Source: Octopus sinensis
Taxonomy: Eukaryota
Assembly (NCBI RefSeq): GCF_006345805.1
Contig: NC_042999.1
Coordinates: 148,986,001 to 149,050,000 of the forward strand
Length of the DNA: 64,000 bases
Direction: 5' to 3'
Position numbers and translations under genes: made by a program
The notes under the pieces: model-generated
Told to the model about the DNA's origin: nothing
Database searches by the model: none
What the model saw: only the letters and a program-made list of their open reading frames with translations
Shown: positions 1 through 11,326 of the stretch, piece by piece
Layout: each line of letters opens with the position of its first letter
How positions within the stretch are numbered: the stretch's first letter is position 1

Positions 1-121
1 TGTGTTGGATATCTTTTATCTTTTACATGTTTATCTTCTCCATCACAAAATCTTGCCATATGCCTTCACTTTGAAATTTGAAAGTTGAAGCGAGGAGAAA
101 CTAGGAGAAGCCATATATGTA

Positions 122-510
122 TATGACCATCAAACATTTGGCCTCACAGAGGCAATGACGAAAGACCGAGACTTCTGGAGATATGCTGTGACTGCGAAGA
201 CCCGACAAATGAAGTGAGTTCATGGCTCGCAGGACGGCCTGCTGTATTTACCTTGGATCGTAGGGCAACCTGCAGTGCTTGAGGAGACCAACTGAGTCAA
301 GTACATCAACATTAAAATAAAAATCAAATGGAAATTGTACTTGTGATACCTGTGCCGGTAGCACATAAAAAAGCATCATTCAAACGTGGCCAAGGCCAGC
401 GCCGCCTTGACTGGCATCTGTGCCGGTGGCACGTAAAAAGCACCCACTACACTCATGGAGTGGTTGGCATTAGGAAGGGCATCCAGCTGTAGAAACACTG
501 AAAGATCAGA
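122..510 (+). mobile_element. RTE LINE 3' fragment (ORF end plus 3' UTR)
   Basis: ...GLTEAMTKDRDFWRYAVTAKTRQMK* is a typical RTE C-terminus, followed by the tgccggtggcacgtaaaaagcacc repeat tail. Confidence 0.75.
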
Positions 511-731
511 CTGTTTGAAGGACAGAGGGAAATATTATTTCACTTGAAATCAGATGAGGTCGATAAGAAAAGTCTGGTCATTGAAAAATCTGCTTCTACG
601 AAGTTTCCTCTGACCTATGCGAGCATAGAAAAGTAGGCATTAAAACTATGATGACGACAATGATGATGATTATGATGATGATGATGAATAATTTTCATTC
701 TAATTAAGAAAATTTAACAGATGATACTTAC

Positions 732-844
732 CCTTTGAGTTAAATAAACACTTGTAGCTCTGGAGGCAGCAATTTTGTCAAGACTAGTAGCCTCTTTTAA
801 GAAGTAACTAACATCAGCTATATGAACGCCAACCTCATATAATC
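732..844 (-). CDS. DIS3L2: DIS3L2 exon (RNB domain; last exon visible, gene continues past base 1)
   Basis: aacag|GA...AGG|gtaagt, 113 nt, phase 1->0. Translates (G)[37 protein letters not shown], matching human [38 protein letters not shown] as recalled. Confidence 0.96.
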
Positions 845-1230
845 CTGTTAATTAGATATAGATAAGTAAAATACATAAATGCATTCATTTTAATAACATG
901 TTTATATACTAATGCAGATAATGCAGCTGTTGATAGTGGTGCACTTACCTGCTTAGCTAATTACGTTTGCTTAAAAATGCAAATATTTCAGTTTGAAAGA
1001 ATCTGAATAGGAGGAGGGAGAGGGAGAGAGAAAGAGAGAGAATGTGTGTTTAAGTTTGTGTGAAGAAAAATAGTGTAAGTATACATGTGTAAAAAGTGTA
1101 TGTGTGTTGATGTAGACAGAGAAAGAGAGAGATATTCGGTGAGTGTAAGTGTAGGTGTGTGCATGTGTATGGAGAGAGAGAGAGAGAGGGAAAAAGAGAG
1201 AGAGGGAAGGAGAGAGTAGGCATAAACATA

Positions 1231-2504
1231 TTGAGTCATCCCATAAATAATGCAGTTTTTTTAATTGCATGAAATAAAAGTTGGAGAGGGACGGGATAAA
1301 CTACCTGCATCAATAGGTAGTAATTTTACCTTGTCTTTATTCTTAGTGCAAGTTTTGAAGAGTGCAGTTCGATTCTGACAGTTATTTTGTCAAAGCTATA
1401 ATGGAAGTGACAAAGGAGCATATTCGGCATATTTTGCTTTAGGAGTTCAATAAAGGTAACAGTGTAATGGAAAGTGCAAGGAATATTAACGCAGTATTTG
1501 GGGATCGGACAATAAGTGTAAGCCAGTGTAACAGTGGTTCCAGAAATTCCAAACCAGACACTACAGCCTACAAGATAAGCCTTGTCCTGGAAGATCTGTA
1601 AAGCTTGACGAGGACATCCTGCAAACCCTGGTGGAATGAAATCCCATTGTTAACTGTTGAGGAACTAGTAGAGAGGCTTGGATTTGGTCATTCAACCATT
1701 CATTGACACCTGTGTGCTATTGGAAAAGTCAGCAAATTGGGTGAATGGGTTCCTTACAAACTTTCTAAATCTAATTGTGTACAGAAAGTGAATGTGTGCT
1801 CTTCTTTGCTGTCATGTCTCACGAATGAACCTTTTGGGACTGAATAGAGGCTGCTGATGAGAAAAGGACTCTATAAAAATGTCAAGCGCTGAAGACCATG
1901 AGTAGGGAAAGGAGAAACACCAGCACCCTAATCTAAAGAAAGTCTTTACCCACATAAGGTGTTGTTATCTGTTTGGTGGGATATGAAAGGTTCAGTCCAC
2001 TTTGAACTTTTAAACACACACCAAATGTTAACAAAAGGAGATCTGCTGTGAGTAGCTTGAGCGGCTTAAGTCAGTGCTAGAAGAAAAATGACCATCTTTG
2101 GTTTCAAGACAAAAGGTGTTCTTCCATCAGGATAATGCTCAGCCGCATACAGCAAGGATGACATTCCAAAAGCTAGAGCAGTTTGAATGGGAAATAGTGC
2201 CCCACCCACCATATTCGCCGGACATTGCCCCATCTGTTTATCACTTATTCTGCAGTCTTCAAAATCACTTAGATGGAAAAAATATGAATTTTGTAGACTA
2301 AGTCAGAATGGTACTGGAGGAGTATTTTTTGTCACGGACAAGTGAATTTTGGAAGAGGGGCCTTGCAAGTCTACCAGATAGATGAAAGAGCATTGTAGAA
2401 AATGAACGAGAGTATATTTTAGGTTAAAAAAGAACTTTGTTTATCTTAATTTTGAAAAATAAAAGAAGTATAAAAAAAAATGCATTATTTATGGGATGAC
2501 CCAA
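1231..2504 (+). mobile_element. Full-length defective mariner transposon
   Basis: TA target duplication; TIRs ttgagtcatcccataaataatgca / tgcattatttatgggatgacccaa. Disrupted transposase from ATG 1401 with WVPYKL, FHQDNAQPH and PHPPYSPDIAPS motifs. Confidence 0.93.
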
Positions 2505-2665
2505 TACTTGCATAGAAAAAGAGACAGAGAGAAAGTATGTGTTTGTGTGTATGTAGAAAGAGAGTGAAAAGGAATTTGAATGCATGCATATAGGGGGGGG
2601 GAATGCTTGAGTGTGCATGCTCACTCAGGTATATATTGAACAATAGAAATGACAGAAAACCCTAC

Positions 2666-2825
2666 CTTCCTCTAGTATTTCACAAGACACAGCATCATCT
2701 AAATCCCGTGCTGACGCTGGATCTATTGTAAATATACACTGTTTAGTCAAATCTCGTCTATTACTGTATTCTTCTTTCGGCACCGTCCATGGTTTGCTGC
2801 AGTCTATTGGTAAAGAATCTGTGAC
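2666..2825 (-). CDS. DIS3L2: DIS3L2 exon with the RNB catalytic motif
   Basis: tatag|GTC...GAAG|gtagg, 160 nt, phase 0->1. [53 protein letters not shown]; the RNase II acidic motif DPxxARDLDDA is intact. Confidence 0.97.
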
Positions 2826-2960
2826 CTATAAATAGAAACCAATACGTTTACTTCCATATATATATATGTGGCAGGAACAGTTAGCAACTGAACCTGGATC
2901 ACTATGTCCAATGCAAGGAAAACAACTCAAAAATACGACTGTGATTCACTAGACCACCAA

Positions 2961-2988
2961 TCTCTACATATATAAATGGCAAAATGTC

Positions 2989-3019
<31 letters not shown>

Positions 3020-3326
3020 ATCCTTTATACAAATTCACAATTTTTCAGTTAGAGGGCTCGCACTTTCTATGGTCATTCAAAACCGTCCAAGGGTGGTCGT
3101 GCACATCTTTACATTTCCCCAGTCACCCTGCAAATCCATTAAAAATCAATAGAAGTGACTTTTTTGTAAATTTTCTATCCAAAACCCAATCAAAATGCCC
3201 GAAACTTGATACACCAATTGAATGCCAGCTAGCTGTATGTGATTGGTCAGAGATTTGCATATACAGTACCAGCTGAATATGCATGTACTAGCACTATGAC
3301 CTGGCGTTGCTGGGTCATAGTGCTAG
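2961..3326 (+). mobile_element. Non-autonomous Helitron-type element
   Basis: A|TC 5' end, internal (GT)n, 3' hairpin actagcactatgacc/ggtcatagtgctagt, ends CTAG|T. Confidence 0.75.
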
Positions 3327-3639
3327 TGTCATAATAAAATGTGGCCAATCAAGACTTCATGTGGAACTAGATATAACAACTATTTCATCTTTAGCATGCT
3401 TTTTCTGAGCAAGACCACCCTATATATTCAGCACATTTTAGCACCAACCGACAGATGGCGAATGGCAGGCATCAGAGCAGACATAGAATATAGCAGTCAG
3501 CAAACAGCAGCTGGCTAGAGCACTGTGACAACAGAAAAACAATGGATGGATTGTAATCATAACACACAATGATCAGCTAACATCAGGACAGTGACTACTA
3601 TCATGTCTGGTCCAAGACCAATATGTACCGAATTATCTT

Positions 3640-4040
3640 GGTGTTTGATGTGTTACCAGTGCCGGTGGCATGTAAGAGAACCTTCCGTTTCACGACCGTT
3701 GCCAGCGCCGCCCCGACTGGCCTCGTGCCGGTGGCACGTAAAAAGCACCATCTGTTCGTGTCCATTGCCAGCCTCGCCTGGCCCTCGTGCCGGTGGCACA
3801 TAAAAAGCACCATCCGTTCGTGGCCGTTTGCCAGCTCTGTCTGGCACCTGTGCGGGTGGCACGTAAAAAGCACCCACTACACTCACGGTGTGGTTGGCGT
3901 TAGGAAGGGCATCCAGCCGTAGAAACACTGCCAGATTTGACTGGGCCTGATGAAGCCTTCTGGCTTCACAGACCCCAGTAGAACCGTCCAACCCATGCTA
4001 GCATGGAAAACGAATGCTAAACGATGATGATGATGATGAT
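3640..4040 (+). mobile_element. RTE-tail SINE-like repeat with internal ~54-bp units (representative). Other copies near 5870, 10985, 13630, 15737, 17700, 26860, 31600, 33225, 33765, 42700, 43010, 48690, 49250, 54035, 54770, 57950, 58420, 59045
   Basis: Recurrent gccggtggcacgtaaaaagcacc units, ending ...catgctagcatggaaa...(GAT)n. The same sequence forms the 3' end of the RTE fragments at 122-510 and 50745-52790. Confidence 0.85.
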
Positions 4041-5169
4041 GATTTGGCATTTGTAGTAATGACATTTTTTTAATGATAAAAATAAATGGTTTTTTTTTTA
4101 TCAAAAATCTCAAACAGATTTCAATTTTCTTTGAAGAAATATACACATACACACATATATTTATGTAAGAATATAATTTTTATGTAGCATACATTCATTT
4201 TTCTACCCTAGCTTGGGTGGGGATAGTCTTTGCAAATTTGCCACGTGACTGTTGAAGCTATTGTTCTTACATCTGAAAGAAGTTTGTAAAGTTAAATCAG
4301 CCAATTCTACCATTGGTATGAAAGCAACATGCAATCAACTAAGAAAACTAAGATGGATATTAGGAAAGACAAAGAGTTAAAGTAGCTTAGCTTTAATAAG
4401 GAATTTCTTCATTCTGATGAAAGACGTATGGTATTATACTCACTTTCCCTTTCTTCTCAGCAGGTTCTGTTACACACTAACCTCAAATTCTCAATATTTA
4501 TTGCCCTTCTCAGCCTCAAGAGCCTTATTCTCAGTCCTATTTTTTCCAGCCAAAGTGCCTTTCTATATGAATTAAGACCAACATTCTTTTCACCTGATCT
4601 GAGTATAAACAAAATTCTAAATCAGTCTTGGGGAAAACTGCAGCCAGTAGGACTTTCTGAATGGCTTAATGAGAAATTAGTTTGAATTCTTTTTAGTAGT
4701 GTGGCCTATCTGACGATGAGCCATGTTTCATATGGCCTGCTTCTTAAAAAGGTTGCCCATGTCTGTTCCAGACCTCCTCAGTATAGTTGACAACGTCTAG
4801 TTGTATACATCACTACTATAGGGTTGTTGCCTGAGTGGTGCAAATGTTGTCATCTGCCAGGAGTAGGGAATCACTATTACAATGTATCCTTCCACAGGAT
4901 GATGATGATGATGATTATGTATCTACAATAGATATATCATCATCATCATCATCACCATCATCATTATTATCGTTTTAATGCTCACTTTTCCATGGGTTGT
5001 ATGGAGGATATTGTTGTAGATTTTCCCTTCAGATGCTCTTCATGTTGCCAGCCTTTACCTGTTTCCAAGCAATATTTCCCTATGGCCACATATGTTTTCA
5101 CAGAAAATTGGAAATGAACGACATTCATTTACAACAATCACATGACATCAAGACAAGGACACACACACA

Positions 5170-5320
5170 CATGATGGGCTTCTTTTAGTTTCTGTTTACC
5201 AAATCCACTCGCAAAGCTTTGGTTGGCTCAGTGCTACAGAAGACATTTGCCCAAAGTGCCATGCAGTGGGATGAAACCTGAAACCAAGTGGTTGGGACGC
5301 AAACTTCTTTAACCACACAA
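5170..5320 (-). mobile_element. CORE-like tRNA-derived SINE (representative). Other copies near 13280, 17165, 36620, 37410, 41670, 47860, 49710, 52870
   Basis: Head ggctgtgtggttaagaag...gggttcagtcccactgc followed by ggcaccttgggcaagtgtctt, which resembles the MIR CORE domain. Confidence 0.7.
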
Positions 5321-5441
5321 CCACACCTGGACTCGTAAAATATTTTTGTTATTTTACAGATACCAGTAAAATGAAAGAAGAGAATCAGAAAAGTTCACAG
5401 AAACGAATATTGAAAATATTTCAAATCAGTTTTAGATTTAC

Positions 5442-5541
5442 CGAATCAGGAAATTCACTCTCATCAATGTCATTCTCTATGAGAATTCCTTTTGTCTCAG
5501 TTTCAATGTCTCCCGATTCTCCAAGGCATTGTAAAAGACTC
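5442..5541 (-). CDS. DIS3L2: DIS3L2 exon
   Basis: tttcag|G...TCG|gtaaat, 100 nt, phase 2->0. SLLQCLGESGDIETETKGILIENDIDESEFPDS resembles human [29 protein letters not shown]. Confidence 0.95.
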
Positions 5542-6515
5542 CTGAAAGAAGAAAATATATATTAAATATCAACATTTCTAAAACATTACGAATAACTGTC
5601 ATTAATATAAGTGAAATGATTCTGTTGTTACCATTGTGATTGTTGTTGCATAACCCCTGGATAGCTTCAACTGAGCACACTTATGGCACAAAAGTGACTG
5701 GTTGAACATCTTTGTGCAAACTGTAGATAATCTATTGTTCCATGTGTGGCATGCATCTACCTAGTTGAGCACCATACGGCTCGCTTTTGGTATGAGACAT
5801 GATTATCAGCTGTTAATGAAGGAGTTTAATTACTTATCAATCTTGATACTAGTGCAACAGTTAATTAACATTTGTACATGCTTGTGCCACATAAAAAGCA
5901 CTAAGTCCACTCTGCTGAGTGGTTGGTGTTAGGAAGGGCTTCCAGCTGTAAAAATCCTGCCAAAACAGTCACAGAAGTCTGGTGCTGGCTTTGGCCTGGC
6001 CGGCTCTTGTGGTACCATCCCACCCATGCTAGCATAGAACACGGGCATTAAATGATGATGATGACATGTTAAAGTTAAAATTATTTCAAAGCCAATACAA
6101 ATTTTAAATTATTTCAAAGCCAATACAAAACAGAACAACTGTTTACATTTTACCTTTACTTTTAAATTTCAGGTTTAAGACTCCCTTGTCAGGAGAAAAT
6201 AGAGGATGGTGTCAAGCTGGTATCTTTTGCTCAGATAAGTTGGTATGAGGTTGTAGCATGCATAGGCTGATATTGTATAATGCCTTGTGCAATTCATGGA
6301 AGCATGGCTTAGTGGTTAGGGTGTTGGACTCATGATCGTAAGATTGTGGTTTTGATTGAGAGTGTGATGGACGCTCCTACATGCCACCAGCATGGGTGCC
6401 AGTTATATGACACCGGCATCGGTCACATTGCCTCTCTGAGGCCCAGCACTTGAATAGTGCTTTTTTACATGCCACTATAACATACAATAATAAAAAAACT
6501 CAAACTACACTATTC

Positions 6516-6876
6516 TTATTATCTCTGCCTTAGCGAAGGCAGAGGTATTGTTTTCAGTCGTGTTTGTTTGTCTGTGGACAAGATATCTCAAGAACTGCTG
6601 GATGGATTTGGATGAAACTTTCAGGGATGTTTGGCCTCATGACTGGTATGAACTGACTAGATTTTGGGATCAATCCGGTACTAGACAAGGATTCTGGATT
6701 ATTCTTCTGGTTTCTTTACTTAATTTTTGAGAGCAGTCGGGTTCATTTTCAGTATTCTTGTTTGTGAGAGCGAGTTTGTTTCAGATATTCTCATTTTAAA
6801 AATCATCTCTGGCTAATCGTTGAGAGGATGCTGGTGTTGCCTTGGCAGAGGTTTGCGTTCTCTGAGTGCTCTTGTT
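6516..6876 (+). mobile_element. DINE-1/HINE-like (Helentron-associated) element, copy A
   Basis: Starts ttattatctctgcc..ggcagagg, has gtttgtttgtctgt, ends ggcagaggtttgcgttctctgagtgctcttgtt. Confidence 0.7.
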
Positions 6877-7012
6877 TATATAATACTTCTCAAGTCAGGC
6901 AAAGCTTTACTAATAATTTAAGACTATTCTGTTACATTTAAACTTTAATACAAAATCATTGTACATAGAATGACTTTTGTGATTATCATAGAGACAAAAT
7001 AGATTCAATTAC

Positions 7013-7374
7013 AACAAGAATACTCAGAGAGCACAAACCACTGCTAAGGCAACACCAACGATTAGCCTGAGATGATTTTTAAAACGAGAATATCTGAAAT
7101 AAACTTGATTGCACTCACAAACGAGAATACTAAAAATGAACCCAACCACTCTCAAAAATTAAGTAAAGAAACTAGAAAAATAATCCAGAATCCTTGTCCA
7201 GTACCAGATCGGTCCCAAAATCTAATCAGTTCGTGCCAGTCACGAGGCCAAATATCCCTGAAAGTTTTATCCGTATCCATCCAGCAGTTCTTGTGATATC
7301 TTGTCCACAGACAAACAAACAAACAAACACAACTGAAAACAATAACTCAGCCTTTGCTGAGGCAGAGATAATAA
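7013..7374 (-). mobile_element. DINE-1/HINE-like element, copy B (inverted relative to A)
   Basis: Reverse complement aligns end to end with 6516-6876. Confidence 0.7.
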
Positions 7375-7458
7375 CTAATGAGTATTTTAACTTCTTTTAA
7401 AACTAATTTCTCCTGAATAATATTTCACATGTAAGACTTTATAAATGAAAACACTTAC

Positions 7459-7546
7459 CCTAGCGTCAGGGTTCCAGTAGCATTTTGATTGAGAATTTTG
7501 GCAACAAACAGTACTCTAGAAAAGTCTTCTGGACGTTGTAAATATT
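7459..7546 (-). CDS. DIS3L2: DIS3L2 exon (CSD2)
   Basis: ttttag|AA...GG|gtaagt, 88 nt, phase 1->2. (E)YLQRPEDFSRVLFVAKILNQNATGTLTL(G) resembles DFVARPKDYANTLFICRI...FALG. Confidence 0.93.
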
Positions 7547-8008
7547 CTAAAATATGAAGAATGATGAAAGTTTAGCAATAAAAAAAGAGTTGATTGAAAT
7601 TGATAATTAACACTGATTGGTTTAAAGTTTGATTAAAAAAAAATTATTCATGAAATTTAAGTGAAGTTTTAATCAACAAAGAATTAATATAATGCTTGGA
7701 ATTTCAAGAAGTTATAAGTTTGTGACTTCTCAAGGAAAAATGGCAGAATCAATAAGATTCTGAACAACTACTTTACAATACAAGATGTTCTGGGAATGGT
7801 TTTCAACCTTGACTGCATAAGGAATTGAAAAAGCACTCCTCCAGTATATCCTATCCTAAAAAATTCTATAGATGATTCATCTACAGAATTACTGGAAGTT
7901 ATCTTTAACAAATAGTGTTACAATTATTGTTTTTTCTTTTATATCCTTATTTCTCTTTAAATATTATATTACTGGCTCTAAGTTCAAAATATGGCAATTT
8001 TCATTCAG

Positions 8009-8060
<52 letters not shown>

Positions 8061-8370
8061 CTTCAAAGAAATCTTGATTTATGACAGCCACTTAAACTGT
8101 CTTTTTACCCTATCCATAAAGGATAGATTCTAGTTTCTATTAGACTTGATAAATTAGTCTATAAATTAGAACTAAACCCCCCCACCACCACCACCACCAC
8201 CACTAGTAAATCTGAAGAACAAATATAATCAATGATAAGCAGTGTCTTCCTTTGAAAAAAAATCTCAGTTACAACTGTTATGTTGTTGATAAAACATGTT
8301 CTTTGTGATTTTGGATAATAAGAAAACTATACAAATGAATCTTTTAAATTTAACTAAATTCTATATTTTT

Positions 8371-8459
8371 ATGCAGCTGAAGATTGCTCTACATTTTAAA
8401 TTGATGTAATGTTTGCATTGTTCAATTAAATGGAGTCGCATGAAACGATCGTACTGCAT
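8371..8459 (+). ncRNA. Type I minimal hammerhead ribozyme motif (Penelope-type) with long stem II
   Basis: ATGCAG-CTGAAGA-[57-nt AT-rich hairpin]-GAAA-CGATCG-TA-CTGCAT. Stem I is a perfect 6 bp and loop III is palindromic. Confidence 0.6.
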
Positions 8460-8990
8460 TACCTCTGGATATCCTTGTTGCTTATTTTGATTATATATAT
8501 ATATATAAAACTATGTTGATAATATAAATGTATTTAAAGAATAAAAGATAGTAATGTCTTCAAAGTTTGAAGAAAATTAACTGGTGTAGCTGTATGATTA
8601 AGTTCACTTGGCAATCAAGTGACTCTAGATTCCTTTGAACTGCACAGCCTTGGGTCAACAAATAATTTGTAAGTGAAATTTGGTACACGGAAACTGTGAG
8701 GATACCCATCATGTCTGTGTGCATGTGTATATGTATATATCCATGTGTATGTCTACATCAACAAGCTGGTGTAAAGCAGTAAACCCTGCTGTATTTATGC
8801 CCAACTGAACTACCTCCCCTTACACCAATGATAAATATCTTGTATCCGACAGCAAATACCAAATAAATACCCAAATTCTCAAGTTGATATAAATGACTAA
8901 AAGTCTTGAAAGTGGCGCCCTAGTTTGGCCACAGTCCAATAACTGAAACCAGTGCAAAAAAAAAAAAATAGTAAATAAAGAAGAATTTAC

Positions 8991-9129
8991 CTTTAGGACA
9001 TTCCGAAAGAGGAACAGATAATCTTGGAATTCGAGAATCAATTGGATTAAAGCGAACACATTTAATATTTGCCATGCCAAGATGGCCAATACATTTACGA
9101 GGATGTTTCTCTTCCAGAACTAACAATAC
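8991..9129 (-). CDS. DIS3L2: DIS3L2 exon (CSD2)
   Basis: ccatag|GTA...AAAG|gtaaat, 139 nt, phase 0->1. VLLVLEEKHPRKCIGHLGMANIKCVRFNPIDSRIPRLSVPLSECPK resembles VVYILEKKHSR...FSPSDHRVPRIYVPLKDCP. Confidence 0.95.
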
Positions 9130-9397
9130 CTATGGAGTAAATAAATAAAAAAAAATTACCAATATAACTTATTTTTTTTGCCCAAATTTGTGTTGGGCTG
9201 CATCTGACCTACAATAAATTCTAATGGTACAACAGTTATTCTGTACCCAAAAGTTTTATACAGTCATACACAAATAGACATATTCTTCATTTTTATGTGA
9301 AGTTATATATAAAAACTGTTGGACATTAAATTGAAAGCTCACTCAATACTTTTCAGTAGAGTGACATATTTATTAAAATTTCCTTTTTTTCTACTCT

Positions 9398-9600
9398 AGG
9401 CACAAGACCCGAAATTTCGGGGGAGGGGGCCAGTCAATTAGATCAACCCCAGCACACATCTAGTACTTAATTCATCGACCCCGAAAGGATGAAAGGCAAA
9501 GTTAACCTCAGTGGATTTTGATCTCAGAATGTAAAGACAGACGAAATGCTGCTAAGCATTTCGCCTGGCATGCTAACGTTTCTGCCAGCTTGCCATCTTA
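9398..9600 (-). mobile_element. tRNA-derived SINE with a conserved central GGTCGACTTTGCCTTTCATCC domain (representative). Other copies near 29860, 30130, 30360, 32940, 33395, 34775, 35015, 44946-46115, 60180
   Basis: Recurrent ggcagaaacgttagc...ttctgagttcaaatt...gactttgcctttcatcc...taagtac...ggggtcgat. Confidence 0.75.
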
Positions 9601-9719
9601 TATTTATTAAAATATTACAAGTTGATAGTAACTGTGAAGTTTTGGTTTCCTAGCCAATATCAGGCACAACAGCGTTGATTGGTAGAATCATCAGAGCATC
9701 AGACAAAATGCCTTCAAAT

Positions 9720-10900
9720 ATCTAAGTTCCAGCCTTTTTAGAGTCTGAATTTAAATCCAATCCTGCTAAGAACAATTTTACCTTTTGTCCATTTGGAGAC
9801 TGTAAAATACAATAGCAGTCAAGTACAGGGTTTGATTTAATCAACTGATGTTGGCATTTTACAGGGTTCTCCAAGCAAAAGACTATGGTTGAGAATTCTG
9901 AATGAATCTTCTGAATGTTTCTTGCATTTTGAGGGTGGAAAACCCCCAAGGGCCATAGCGTTCATGAAATGAGCAGTAACTTCAAGTTTTATTAACTTTG
10001 AAAAGTTTAACAATGGAAGAAAACCACCCGAATCCTATTTAAAGTGTTAAATGGTGCATTTATCATTGAGTGTAATGCAAGTCATCAAAAGAAGAGGTGA
10101 TAACTGCTTCTTCACATCTTATCCTGAATGTCAAAACATCTGTAATGAACTTTGAAACTTTGAAGATTTGTCACATTGGCCAAGTGAACCTCATTTATAG
10201 CTACAATAGGAATATCATTTTCTAAATCACAATGTTCCATGAATTGGTGAAGTGAGTGTCTTTGGTTTCTGTAACAGAGGATGAGAGACTAATCTTCACC
10301 TGGACAGGATACTAGCCCAGCACAACTAGATTTTCCCGGTGGTAGACATAATTTGTCACCAAATTTAACATCACCACCTGAATACCTTTAGTAGAATCCA
10401 CTCTGCTGCAAACATTCAAATCATGTTTCACGTCAGAGAATAACTTTCTCTCTTCATTTCATTGGGCATGGAGGCCATGAAAAACATCAAAGGCAATGCT
10501 CTTTCTGATAAAACCATTAAAAAATTCCAACAAATTACTTGTTAATTCTGCAGGAATGCTGCTGATTATAGTTATACTGCTAGTGGTACCTACTTACAGC
10601 CAGGTGGACTTAACTGTTGACAGCTGATGATCACAAACACATACATGGCTGATGACAATACAGCTTGCCCAGTACAATATAAAATTACTGCATCAGTAAG
10701 TTGAAGTACTAAACAACTGATGAATACTTCGTTAGTTTGCACTAGAAGTAAGTTCACATCTCAAAGAATTTCAAAGAGGAAACAGACATCTTTCCTGAAA
10801 GCAAATTAGAGAATCTCCACTAAATGGGCATCTCCAACTAGGAAAGATTCAGCAATTAATTAGTTCTCTTTGTCATTCTTGCACAGAAGATATCAACTGA
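9720..10900 (-). mobile_element. Highly degenerate hAT-like transposase remnant
   Basis: Stop-riddled translation contains CDHQLSTVK...FIRKSIAFD...SRVDST...VITSS, reminiscent of hAT C.AH.LQL / RKS / TRWNS motifs. Confidence 0.35.
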
Positions 10901-11196
10901 CTTACAGATATGACTTAGTACCAACTTGCTGAGCTGGTGAGAGAATACTTCTTTGACATATCCTCACGCTATTAATTAATCAGTCATCATCATCATCATC
11001 GTTTAACGTCCGCTTTCCATGCTAGCATGGGTTGGACGGTTCAACTGGGGTCTGACAAGCCCGAAGGCTACACCAGGCCAGTCAGATCTGGCAATCAGTG
11101 TTATCAATAATTTAAAATCTATATTAAATTTGAACTAAGCAATTAAAATATCTATTTTGATGCATGCATTCTGACTTTTAACACTGTTATCATTAC

Positions 11197-11326
11197 CTTC
11201 CCAGTACGCTGAATATACATATCCACACTCTTCCGATCTTCTAACACTCGCTGCAAGTTAGCATCCTGGTTCAAATCCCCAATAGATGTGTATTTTTTCC
11301 CTGGTAGATCTTTCTTTTGAGGAGTC
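11197..11326 (-). CDS. DIS3L2: DIS3L2 exon
   Basis: ttttag|G...AAG|gtaatg, 130 nt, phase 2->0. TPQKKDLPGKKYTSIGDLNQDANLQRVLEDRKSVDMYIQRTGK; the end matches LQRSAK|VV. Confidence 0.92.

Noticed and set aside
971-1270. 99-aa and 83-aa minus-strand ORFs
   Set aside because: They are translations of (GA)n/(GT)n low-complexity sequence with no protein features.
3591-3991. Overlapping ORFs such as MDGSTGVCEARRLHQAQS..., recurring at about 13665, 15776, 31519, 49288, 54076 and 57979
   Set aside because: GC-rich SINE/RTE 3' UTR repeats are open by chance; the same peptides recur wherever the repeat occurs.
4700-4800. Minus-strand CTGAGGA...GAAA hammerhead-like pattern
   Set aside because: Extra bases before GAAA, and stems I and III do not pair; the region looks like a hAT MITE end.
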